From Amphiscolops sp. MND2022 (taxonomy: Eukaryota), in assembly GCA_964187785.1 (NCBI GenBank), contig OZ076417.1, positions 10,106,001 through 10,170,000 on the forward strand: a DNA stretch of 64,000 nt, written 5' to 3'. Shown one piece after another: positions 47,401 through 60,023 of this stretch. The translations under genes and the position numbers were made by a program. How positions within the stretch are numbered: the first letter of the stretch is position 1; every line of letters begins with the position of its first letter. Below the pieces are notes generated by a model, which was given only the letters and a program-made list of their open reading frames with translations, did not search any database and was not told the DNA's origin.

Positions 47401-50400
47401 CCCATTATAATTACCACAGAAAGACATACCAAAGATGATCACGCATCCAGACTAAAAATTTCCTTGCTTTTAGACAGCGGTGCTTCTATTTCTGTACTTA
47501 ATTATCCAACTTATATTACAATTGCAAAACTTCTTAATATAACAACAATAACACTACATACAATTCCTTCAAAACGTTAACAGTTGCTAACCAAGCAGAA
47601 GTCCCTATATTACACTCTGCAACCCTTACTTGGAACACAACTATTGATGATCATACTCGCCAATTCATTCTTCCATTTGCAGTAGCTGACATCAACTATA
47701 ACATTCTTGGCACTCCATTTTTCGTAGGATATATACAAAATATTAACAAACAAGACTTTACATTAAAGTTTAAACATCATTCAAAATACTTTCCTAATCA
47801 CACAAAAATCACGTCACTCCTATCCAAAGAAAATCCATACTTCTTGTACATTCATAGAATCAATTATGAAAAACAAGTTCATCTGAAACCTAATTCATCC
47901 AAGATTGCTAATTTTCCTATAAAATCCACTAAAACCTCTATTTTACTAAAACACCAAAATACAAATTCTTTCCTATAGTACCTCATACCTATTTTTCTAC
48001 AAAGTTTCCTACCACATTTAATTTCATCGGAACTTTCACAAATGCCAAACCAGATACATCCGCTACTATTATACAAAAGTCTACAAATCGTGTTCCTTCT
48101 CTTCCCACTGGAAACATTGGCTACATTGAAGTTTCTATCACAAACGAAAAATTTAAATAATATCAAGTACATGACATTAACTCTTCAATACACAATGTTG
48201 CACATACATACCATCCTGAACAGAACCTATTGTACCTACTAAAAATGCTTCTCCATACAATGAGGATACATCTTAATCTTCACAATTTTCACTGGACTAA
48301 ATTTATATGACAAACTCATCTTTAATATCACCAATAACTAAATCCCTTTATAATGTTCAGCCTACTTTTCATTATACAAACCGCGCCTCTCTCCTTCTCT
48401 TCCTTACAGTAAAAAAACCTCAAATTTATAAAAAAATTCAACTTTCAATTTTCTGAGTTAACAGACACTGAATATATATCACTTTGTAACCTATTAGTCA
48501 ACCACAAAAGTTGTTATGCAACACACAAAAATGACGTCGGAAAAATTTATACTCTATTTCGTGTAAGACTCAAACCTAACGCTCAACTTATGACACAACG
48601 TTCTTGTAAAGTTCCAATACTATATCGAGACAAACTAAATGCTCTTCTTACAGAAATTGACAAACACAATATCATTAAACAAATAGGTACTCACTCGAAT
48701 CCACTTATAATTATCCCAAAGTAAGACTCTTTCAAATGTAATGTGCATTAGACCCACGAAACCTCAATTCTAATTCAGATCAATCTGACGAATCTTGGCC
48801 TTTTGAACCTCTAGCTCTTCAACTTGCACGCCCAAACAAAAAGTACAAATGTGCAATAGATATTAAGTATGCATATGCTCATACTCCTCTTGATGAAGAG
48901 ACAATCAAACTTACGAGTTTTTCATCAGAAGACAAACTTTTTGCTTTTATACAACGCTTTCAAGGTCTCAAATGTCTTTCTAAATTTTTTTTACAAAACA
49001 AGGGGCTTCTTTCTTCAAAACACTGATTGACCAAGGTTTTGCTTTTGTGTACATAGTTGATATATTACTTCTTTCAAACTCTAAAGAACACATGTTCAAA
49101 CTTATCGAACAACTTCACATAATTAGCACCAAAAATCTCAAATTGGCTCCGGAAAAGTCATTCTTTATGTTACTGAAAGGAAAATTTCTTGGACATGAAA
49201 ATGGTTATAACACTATGAAACCTATTCACTCAAAAATTGCGGCTATTCACAAAATAACATCTCCTACTGGTAAAATTGTCTTTATGAGTTTCATAGGCTC
49301 ACTTAACTTTCATACAAAAATTATTGAAAAGTTACACAATAATCTCAAACTTTTTTACAATTTTATACACGAAAATACTCCATGGAACTGGACACCTGAA
49401 CATGAACGTTTTTTACCAAATTAAAATTTTCTCTTACATCTGATACTGGACTTACAATACTCAATACAAAAGATCCATTTTGTTGTTACCGTCGATGCTT
49501 CTTTAATCGGACTAGGTGCAGTTCTCTTCCAACTTAATGAAGAAAACAAAATGAAAGTTATTTCGTACAACTCTAGAATCAAAACCCTCAAGAACAAAAA
49601 CTTTCCACACTTGACCGTGAGTTACTCGGTATTGTAACGCACTACAAATTAACGACTTTCTCATTATTGGATCTCCACATCCAATGCATATCTTTACAGA
49701 CCACAAACCTCTTTAACATTGTTTTACAAAAATATGCAATCTTAGTCCACGATTCTATTGTGCTCAAATGAAGTTAAGTAAATTCTCCAAACATAAACTA
49801 ATTCACACATCAGGAAAAAACCTTTCTGTTGCTGATATGCTCAGCCGATCATTTCCAAAAACTGAATTCTAAATTAACCTACTTAAACATAAACAACTAC
49901 CTTCACAAATTGTCTCTGCTATTTTACAAAACAATACTCTTAAACCTATTCATTACTTGATCAAACACGAAGAAGTGCTACCTCACCAAAAACACGATTC
50001 TCATCCTATCCCTGCAGATTATGGTACAGATCAGTTTTAAATACGTATTAATGACAAAAGTAACGATGTCATTGTTAAACCTTTAGACTCGTTTACCTTC
50101 AAATCTGTTAGTCCTTTTCAATCAAAATTCAAAACACCCATCAAAAAACTCAATAAATCTCTTCACAAACAATCTGTTCTACTCAATGATACCGACATCA
50201 TCAGTGATGATGAAGATCATGTTTACACAGGATTACCACAAGATTCAACACTTTTTTACACCTGACACTACTATTACTACGGAAAACTTTTCTACAATTA
50301 CCAATCCAAAAACTGATACTCCTTCCACAAATGCAATTGAAACATAACATACTATTAAACTTGCATTACATTGTTCACAAATCATTCAGTTTTATAATTG

Positions 50401-52260
50401 ATCTTTCTCTAAATACAAAAATTTTTTCCAAGGTTTTGACCTACCAGACGCTCACTCCTTAGATATAATACCTCTTAAACAACAACAGTCACAGGACCCA
50501 GTACTCTAAACAGTATAGTACTGGATAACACAAAACACCAAACCAGTTTCTTCAACATCTCAAATTATTGGTACTCCATTTCTACAGGCTTATTATAAAA
50601 TCTTCTAATAACTTTTCATTGATGACACTACCAATCTTATTAGTCTTTATTCCAAAACAAATGCTGATTTATTCACTAACAACTTTAAACTCGTTTTTAC
50701 AATATGCCTTCCATTCAGACGCTTCAAAACCATTTTCAACAAACTCCATGACCATTGTCATACTGGTATCAAAGTCACATACAACGTTTTCTCACAATAT
50801 TATTATATTCCTTACCTTGAAAAATGGCTTTCCATTTTTATACATGACTGTCTTGGATGACAACGTGACAAACAATTCAATCAATAAATCCGCAAAGTTC
50901 CAGTACAATCTTTCTCTGAGCATGCTCCTTTTTTCAATTGCAGATTTTCAATGGACACAAGAGGTCCTATTTACCCACCTTCACAGAAAAAATCTTACAT
51001 TCACGTCATAGTCGATGCTTTTAGTCTTTTTGCTGTCACTGTTCCCCAAATCTAACAACGCTAAAACTGCTGTTAAATCACTTTTACATTAATGGATAAT
51101 AAAGTTTGGTCCACCCATTTACCTTGTCACTGACCGATGGTCAGAATATTTTAACACTGATATGGCACAAATTTGCACTCTTATGGGAATTCGTCATTCT
51201 CCTAGAACACCCTATGCTCCTTGAACAAATGGCATAGTTGAGGTACAGAACAAAAATCTTGGCACACATTTGCGTATGTTTTTACAAAATACACAAAAAG
51301 ATTGGGCTCATCAAGTCAACATATACGCCTATGCTCACAATTCGCAACCTCTCTTCGTGTGTTTCCCCTCATGAAATTGTTTTTCACAAACGACCTCAAA
51401 TTCCACTAACCTTTGACATAAATTTCAATAGAATTACCAACAAAACCTGTATTCCACAATATTGTTCTTAACTATCCGAACATTCTCATTATGATAAATT
51501 CGACCTCAAACCATTCTTTTATAGAACACTCTCTAAATCTTTTCCACAATGGTTTCTCGCTGTAGAAACAGCTCTGTTACAAATTTATTTTATTGTATAT
51601 GACTACACACTCCGCAAAATTAACTCCCAAGCCTAAATTACAAAAACCTATCACGAAGGAAAACCCCTTCCTCTTGGAACTTTTGTATTAAACGCAACTT
51701 TGCACACGTTCCCTTTTCAGACAAACCTAAGTTGTTTCGGATTGGAACATAAAAAATGATCGATTGACTTTCTGATGTAACTTATGAAATTCTTTCACAA
51801 GATGGTTCCACATTTCATATTCACAGAAACTACTTAACACCTTATTAACCAAAAGAATCACGTTTTTACCATCACCTTCGTAACTTCCTGCGTTTTTCGG
51901 ACTCTATTCAATATGACATTCCAAAACCCACCAAATATGCCAATTATGATTCATCCCCATTCATTTCAGATGACACACATTCAGATGATACATCTTCACA
52001 AGAAGATCTTTCTTCACCACAACCTAATCCATTACCAAATCCTACACTTTAAGACAACTCTTCTTCTAATGACTCAGGATTCCAATCAAAAACAAAAACT
52101 CTTCAACCTAATCCTTCGTATAGAACACGTCATCATTCTCAAAATGATATATCAATTCCTCATAATCCCAGTTACCGTCAAACTAAAACCCATTATAATC
52201 TGAGATATCAACCACGAAAAGATAATCGACTCTTCATACCACAAACTAAACTTTTAAAAT
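47400..52260 (+). pseudogene. pol: pol of copy C: protease, RT, RNase H, integrase (many frameshifts and stops)
   Basis: LLDSGASISV (PR, ~47465). AIDIKYAY and YIVDILL (RT, decayed YIDD). TVDASLIGLGAVL and TDHKPL (RH). HDHCHTG...HDC (IN zinc motif), SMDTRGP, FGPPIYLVTD, VEVQNKNL. Confidence 0.92.
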
Positions 52261-52299
52261 CCTGATCACTCGCTCAAAAGTTTTGAAGTATTCAAATTT

Positions 52300-53608
52300 T
52301 AAAATCTGAACAGAAACTCTCATACTGGATTCTCCATTCGAATCTCCTCCTTCAGCTACGAGTCTACCTTCTACTTTAGAACCACAAACACTTATTTCAT
52401 CTCAACCTCGCAATGTAAACACCTTAACTTCGTCCAAATGACCCAAATCACATATAGTAGATATATCTTCCACAACATCATCTATTACTCTTTTTCCCCA
52501 AACAACTTCAAACCGTTCAAACCGACCACCTATATCTGAAATACCTATTACTCCTAGACCTCAACTACTACCACTTTCAACATCAGTATTTGATAATCCA
52601 AATTATATACCATAACCAGAAACTGTAGCAAGATTTATTAACTACAGGCAACCTACTTCTTTTAAAACAATAACACAACAACCAAAACTCGATATTGTAC
52701 ACATACCTAAAATTGAATATCCTACTCTATCTTCATTACAACTACCGTCTGAATCTGAATCTTCCACACAATCTAAACTATATCCTCGTGTAAAACCCTT
52801 TCGTAAACCATCTACTTCTTTGTTTAACCTCCTTAAAACCACTTCACAAGAACCCCAATACATGCCATCCCAAGAATCTCGAAGTTCTATTTGGGTTCCT
52901 TGACATAGATACAATCTTAGACCGCTTCCTACACGCAGACTTAGTACTGATAGCTCAACATTGCATCTTTCATCCTTATCAAATAATTCTGCTCTTGGAC
53001 TTATTAGACAACACGCTCAACCCCTTTCACCAGGATCAAATACCACTCACTCATCAGACTTTGTTCCACAATATTTTACATCTGGTATAGACACTGCATC
53101 TTTACTCTCGTCTGACGTTCAAACCGCATTTCTCTCTGGTAATCACTTTTCTGAAGTACTCATTCCTACTCCTGTACCATCGCACGTAAGATTTCCGGAA
53201 TATTTTACATCACAACATTCCAGACCTCCTACTCCAAACTTCGCTGACTATCCACTACGTGTTGACGGCACAACTATATACAAACCTCAAGCTGATCCTC
53301 GATTTCCTGTTCTTACAGAACGCTTCATTGATAACAACGATACTCTTTCCACTAAAAGAATAGAAACAGAATTGAAAAGTCTTCAAAACCCCAACTTAGA
53401 ACTCAAATTTGAAGTAACAGTAAAATTCAATAGTTTAAACCCTTATCCAAAATTTCAAGTTGCAAAGCTTGAACACAAAACTACTGCTGCTCCATTTATA
53501 GTAACGTACGCTGTATTTCATAGCAACCCAGACCTTCCTGATAAAGACTATGGCAAATCTGTTTTCTGTAACCCATATTCTGGACCTAAATATACTACTT
53601 CTTTTTAA
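52300..53608 (+). pseudogene. ORF-X: accessory ORF between integrase and env (open part 52961-53608; 5' boundary approximate)
   Basis: DYPLRVDG..IY.PQ, FQVAKLE.KTT and PFIVTY..F...P..PD..Y.KS.F.N.YSG.KYTTSF are shared with 3560-3880 and 21430-21564. Confidence 0.75.
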
Positions 53609-53614
53609 CACAAC

Positions 53615-56250
53615 ATTGCTCCCCTTTATAACAAATATTCTCTTTCGTAGTCAAATGCTATTTCTATAGAACTAGCTGATACTGACAGCTATCTTCCATC
53701 TGACGATCCTATTATTACAAATCTTATGGTTTCTCATTATGACTGTGCAAAACAACATAACCTCCGCCAATTTTAATTATCAAATGTAAAACAATGCACC
53801 GAAGACCCGGCCAACGTAGACCATGCTAGTGTTAATGCTAGAGTTTACGTTCGTGCAAAATCTAAACGAGTTAAAGCATTCAATTGGGAAGCTTATGTAA
53901 AGAACGAACGTAAAATATGTTTTCAAGGTCAAGTTAAAAATAGACGTGTTGATAGAACTGTATGGAATCATAACACATTGCCACTCCGTGTTACACTTGA
54001 CCCTTTAGAATGTAAAAACTTAATTAGACATCTCAATGGTACGAATAACAAAATATTAAACATTTATAACAAAATTTTTACACTTTTTGAAGATCATTAT
54101 TTTCAAGAACAATTAGTACGATTTTGAACTCTTTTTACTGTATATAAATTGAACACAATGTATACTGGCACATTTACATTCATGCCTGCCGATAAAACTT
54201 GGCTTTATGATCTTTAAGAATTTCCCTTCTCATGTGTCCAGCACATTATCAATTCGAAGTCAGTCTCGTCAGTTGGCAACTCCAAGTTTCTGAAGTAGAT
54301 GTTACATATGATGATACTAAAATTGTTATGATCATTGATGGTCATACACTATCATGTTCCTTCGCTGATGGTTTCCGTAGACCAACCACTAAAACGCTTT
54401 ACACTTTAGTTTAGTTTAGTGATCACTTTTGTCTCATTTTTAAATTACAAGGTTTTATTGGACAAGTGACAAAGACTGAAGTCATATATTGGATTGAAAC
54501 TGATTCTTTCGTACACTCTTTAATACCAAATAAATCTGATACAACATATGGCATTAAGGGAACTCGTTTCCCCTATGCTCATGCTCCACATACAGAAAAA
54601 CCACATAACCCAAGTCTTTCACGCTTCGAAATATTTCCACTTGCACAAACTTTTTCTAAAAAACCAGAACCTGTTTATGCAACACAATATCCCGACTTTT
54701 TTGTTTCATACACCAATGCTTTCAATATGCATACAGGACTACCAAATCCTCATTCAGTAATAAATGAATACTTTTCAAAAAAGTTAAATTTAGATCCTTA
54801 CAAAATTCAATATGTCTTCCCAGCGCTCAACGTTTCAAACACCTCTGTTACAATAGACTATGATGTCCATATAAATTAAAAAATAGAATATTGAAACATT
54901 CATGTTTTCTGCTCAATGACAGTACAAGAGTTAAATACTCTTCATACAGTATGCGAATTAGAACGCAATCAACTTACAGTACTTGCAATGTTAGTACAAA
55001 ACCCACAACTTGTCGGTTTTCTTTTAACAGGAAATCGAAGTGTTTTTGTTATACGTAGAAAGCTCTTCTGCTTGGCTCTATAGTTGTCCACCTTTTCTTT
55101 CACCATTATCCAAAGCTGATTGTTGTTTCGATCGTATACCTATCCACTTCAAGGATACTTTTATGTACGTTGATCCTATAACACGACAAACCTACGACTA
55201 TGCTGTTCCGATAACATGTGATAATAATCCACGAAATATTATTGAACTTGATTCCGATTCGGATGATCAAGACTTTTACATTCTTAGACCTAAACCAATT
55301 AAACGAAAACCACCTCTTATGTTTACACCATCTCAAATTACAACTACAATATGACCTAACACAATTACAGCACAAGACGCTGTATATATTCTAATGCAGT
55401 GCTTGATCAATTTTGGAACAGAAATTGTTTCTCGAAACATTCTGACACAACACTTCAAGTACTTGGAAAAACTCTTAGTTATTCATTCATTTCCATCAAT
55501 ATTCCAGAGTATTCAGATTCACACAATTTTCAGAGTAATCCTTACAATACACTTCGTATTGGACTACATGATAAACTCCTTTATTTAACCCCCTTTTTAC
55601 ACCTAGATGGTTTTCTGACGCATTCTTTGCATTATTTGGATATCCATGTTGTATCCTTACGCAATGTGAAAATTATTTTTCAACATTCCGTATCATGCAA
55701 ACTATTTTGACACTTCTTATAAAATTATGTAAAACAATTTTGGTAAAACATAATCTCAAACAAAATATTATTTTCTTAGTTTCATCGCATGTTTTCTTTA
55801 TTAATATTACAGCTGACATGATACATGACTTAAAAGATTCTCATACCCAAAGACCACTACCACCCATTAAATGTTCCCATCAACTGTCAACCATATTTAA
55901 AAACACTTTAGATGACCCGTCTGACAACTCACTTGATCCAACAAATACCTCAACTAAACCATCTAGAATTCATTCACCACCACCTTTCTACACAAAACGT
56001 CCAAAAAGACTTCAAATATGACACGATTTAATTATTCCCAAAACGAAAAAACTCTTTATATCAATCTATTAATAGTGACAAAAAGACCGGCAATGCTTCT
56101 ACATTACAAGATTCTATATTACCTTCTTATTCTACTGTCAATTCAAATCCCAATGATTATCCTTTAAATTCGCAATCTGTTAATGATGAAAATTAAAGTC
56201 CTGTCAAAGTGTATTCTAAAACAAGGTACTCTTTTACTCCGCCATCTTTT
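53615..56250 (+). pseudogene. env: env of copy C, chuvirus-G / gB-like (class III) glycoprotein
   Basis: MVSHYDCAKQHNLRQF..NVKQCTE; VCELERNQL (54949-); WLYSCPPFLSP...CCFDRIP..FKDTFMYVDPITRQTYDYAVPITC; TM-like segment near 55600-55750. Confidence 0.85.
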
Positions 56251-56499
56251 TAGAACTGGTCCTTCTGACTTTCTCCTTCTCGCACGCACTATAGACACTA
56301 CCTCTCTTGATTAAATTCGTCATCACTCTAGAAAAACACCTCTATTTTTCAAAAACTGAGCTCCTTCCGCCGCTTGAAATAACACCGATTATTGAAATAA
56401 CTGTACATTGCCCAAATAACTGTACGGTAAAAGTCTGTGTACTTGCTCCTTCTCCTAAAACTCAACACGAATCAACTCGTTAGTACAAGTTTGCTTCAA

Positions 56500-57790
56500 C
56501 AAATAACACCTAATAATGACACAAGCGCAACCTAATATACAAAATCTACAAAGTCAATTTGAACAACCAACAAATAATATTGATCTTACATCTCACCCTC
56601 TGTTTAACGATTCTCCTGGGCTCTTTATTGAAGCCATGGATCCAAATCCATCCGTCGTAACTTCTGAACAAAGTTCTTCAGAACAAAATTCCTCTAATAT
56701 TGAACAAATTGAACATCAAACTACTCCTGAAAAACAACGAACACCTCCAGAAATGAAAAACTATGAACAATCTCGTGGAACACCCCCACCTGCCAAAGAG
56801 ATATATGAAATAATGAAAGATCCTGCATTTCTTTCTATCCACCAATATAACCTTCCAAACTTTAACTCTCTACTAATAGAGAGGATCACTTGGTACCAAT
56901 CCTCTCTTACGATCGTTTCATCTTCAAATCGCAACTTACTTCGTTGTACATGCATCCTACCGACTATACCTTCAAACTATTTGACAAGAATCAAGACTTT
57001 TTCACCTCTTTTGCTTCCAAAATAATGTCGCCACTCTCTGCAACTCAATTTTCTTCGCCCGTCGATATTCGACTTGAAAGCGGACGAAAATGATCCGACA
57101 TTCCTCTCTGTTGCACAAAAATTTACTCATCATCAAACATACACGAAATTCTTTCAATACAAAAAGCCGCAAAACTACACTTTTGCTCAGAACAAGTATA
57201 CTTCTCCTTTCACTATGACCAATCTATATACGATTGACCACTCTAAAATTACGGGAAGTCTCAGAAACTTTGATCCCATAAAACAGTACTTCTGCCTTCT
57301 TCCACACAATGATACTTCTCGACCACTGATAGTACCTCAAGAATCTTCCTATGGTAATATTCAAACCGCTCATCGTGTTTAAACATCTTGTCTCATTACC
57401 TCTTGATGATAAAGATACATCTCATTATACCGCTCTGTCGAAACAATCATGCTCATATAACGAACTACTCTTCATCTCTGCAAAAGTCATTTCCTTTATG
57501 GTTTAATCAAAACAAAACACAGAACACAAATCTACCCATTTTGAACGTCATAGATCTCCTTCTCGAACTTCACAAACTACCACTGACAAAATGACTGTCA
57601 TGCTTAGTCTCCACACTCTCAAAGATATGACCGAAAAACTTGAACCTTACAAAAGACACAATGAAACACCTCTCACAACTTTCACTAGACTTGTAGACCA
57701 CTACGAACTTCCAAACTCTTTCCAACCTTGAATCGAAACTCTCAGATAATCAATCAATCTTCAGAAGCTTTTCAATCTACTCCTGGAGTA
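56500..57790 (+). pseudogene. ORF-Y of copy C
   Basis: ORF pieces 56516-57025, 56890-57093 and 57074-57382 are homologous to 38200-39584. Confidence 0.75.
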
Positions 57791-58399
57791 TTAAACAAGC
57801 TTTTTTCCTCTAAATACTTATTCTCAACATCCCACAGGTGAGAAACACTTTTTCAAGTTTGGAACTTCTTGAATTTTCTGGCACTTTTCTACCTTTTGTA
57901 CCAACTTTACAGGTAACGGTTTTATATTTTTCACAGAATACGACTTTACGTGTTTACGTACAGTTCTTTATGACACTTTACTTCAACGTTTGGGGGCACT
58001 TTATTTCGAAGTTTTTCTTTCAATATGGTACAATATGATACTTTCTGTCAAAGTCTTTAAGTTCTTTTGAACATTGAACTTTTTACATACATTATAGAAC
58101 TTTTCTTCAGCCGTATAGTGCTTCAAAAAATATCAAACACAAAAGTATAGCACCAAATAGTGCAAAATAAAAACAACTACAAATAGATTCGATGTATTCA
58201 AATTCTTCTTGTTTCAGAAACTTCTCTTTCTCCGCATCCTCCTCCTTGTTGCCGTCTTGGCTTACCACATCCTCCAGCACATCGAACACGTCGTTCCATC
58301 ATCTCCTGCGTACTCTTGATCATTCTATCAAGACTACCCAATTGCTTCTGTTCTTTTCCTCCTATGGTCAACCCCCTTGAACATAAAAATTCCTTTTCA

Positions 58400-58800
58400 G
58401 TCACACATGCAAACAGCCTTAAAGCCGCAATCTTTCAAAACTGGCATTTAAAATGTCATTGGAAATAAATAGAGACAAAATTACCCCTTCTACAAAAAAA
58501 GCATCCCTTGAAGTCCTCTACAATGTTTGTCGCATCAAGAAAAAGAACATCTCATTTCAACAATATGCTCGGATCCATATAGACGGACCCAAAATTGCAG
58601 TATGTGAAACTGCCTCAGATTCAGTCTTTGTCATCAGTATTTCCTTTATGAGCAAAGACACTTACTTCCATCACGCTCTTGAATAAGCTTGCGACGCGTT
58701 AATGCCACAATGCTCGACTTCGGATTTACTCAGAAACTTGAACATTATAATCCGAACCAACACCAAGTTAAACCACCACAACCACATCTGTTTTACGGAT
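58400..58800 (+). pseudogene. ORF-Z of copy C
   Basis: HANSLKAAIFQKLAFKMSLEINRDKITPSTKKAS...DGPKIAV...DFGFTQKLEHYNP, homologous to ORF 40703-41377. Confidence 0.65.
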
Positions 58801-60023
58801 AACACTCTAATGTCAGTTACCTCACTCATGTCTTCTCTTTTTGCCCTCTTTCTTGCTGCCATCATCATGTAGCAAGTAGAGCTTGACATCACTTATTCAC
58901 CTCCACACGACATGCCTCACTTTTTACTGCCTGGCCGGCTCCTTTCTCCTTCATGTTGTTCTTCAACATCGTAATTCATCACTTCTGATCAACTCTCTGG
59001 TCAACAACTTCACCCATCGTCAGTCGTCACTTTTGGTCAACTCTCACTTCTGGTCAACGTCACTTCACCACTTTTTGAAGACTGCTCAAATGCTTCCAAC
59101 TTTCAGACTTTTCACTCCACTCTTACATTAATTTATGATGAAACCTCGATATTTTCATATTTAGTGCTAATTTATCTTTAATCAGTTTAAAATTATCTTC
59201 CCAATTGTAATTAAAATTAGTGCTACAATCATATTGTAACCTATTAATCATGTAATCTTGTAACATATTATTCTTGTAACCTTTTTCATCTTATACTCGT
59301 GTAATCTCATAACCGTGTAATCTATAATAGGGTATTTACTATCATATGTGGTACGTACAACAAATTTTCCATATAGTACACCTAATTTTTTCTTGTATTG
59401 CTTTCTTTTTATGGTACACTTTTCAGAACACTTCCAAACTTTCAAAAAACTGATCTTTCTAACTTGCATAAGAGACAATTTTTGAGAGAAAATTTCACTT
59501 CAGAGTTAAGCTCATATAGGTGTGAAACATTTTTTCAACGCCCACTCTCCTTCACTTTCGTTGAAAATGAAATAAAACCTTTGACTTCTTCACTGACTTC
59601 TTCAATTTTCGTTTACTACCTGCCAATGTTGGTTCATACCTTATTGACAACTTTGTCATCTTTCTTCAACTCGAACAGTTTTCACTCCTGAAAGCTCACT
59701 TGACGAAACTTCAATTTTTTAAAGGGCCGACGAAAGGAGACTTACATGCTTCCATGCCTCAAAACTCAATAGAAAAACAGAGGTTGTCAAACAATAACTT
59801 GAACGAAACTGTCAGTCAAACTTTCTGACTTTAAGAACTTTGCACCAAAGTGAATAGTCAAAAAACATACCATCCTAGTTAAACCGTTGTTCTCACTCCT
59901 TATGTATCATACATGCTCTTTGGAACAAGAATATAAAACTCCAAAACCATTCCAAACTGAAACAAAACCTTTTGAGAAACACAACTCCAAAAGTGAAGAT
60001 TTTTTTTTAAATACCCAGTCGAT

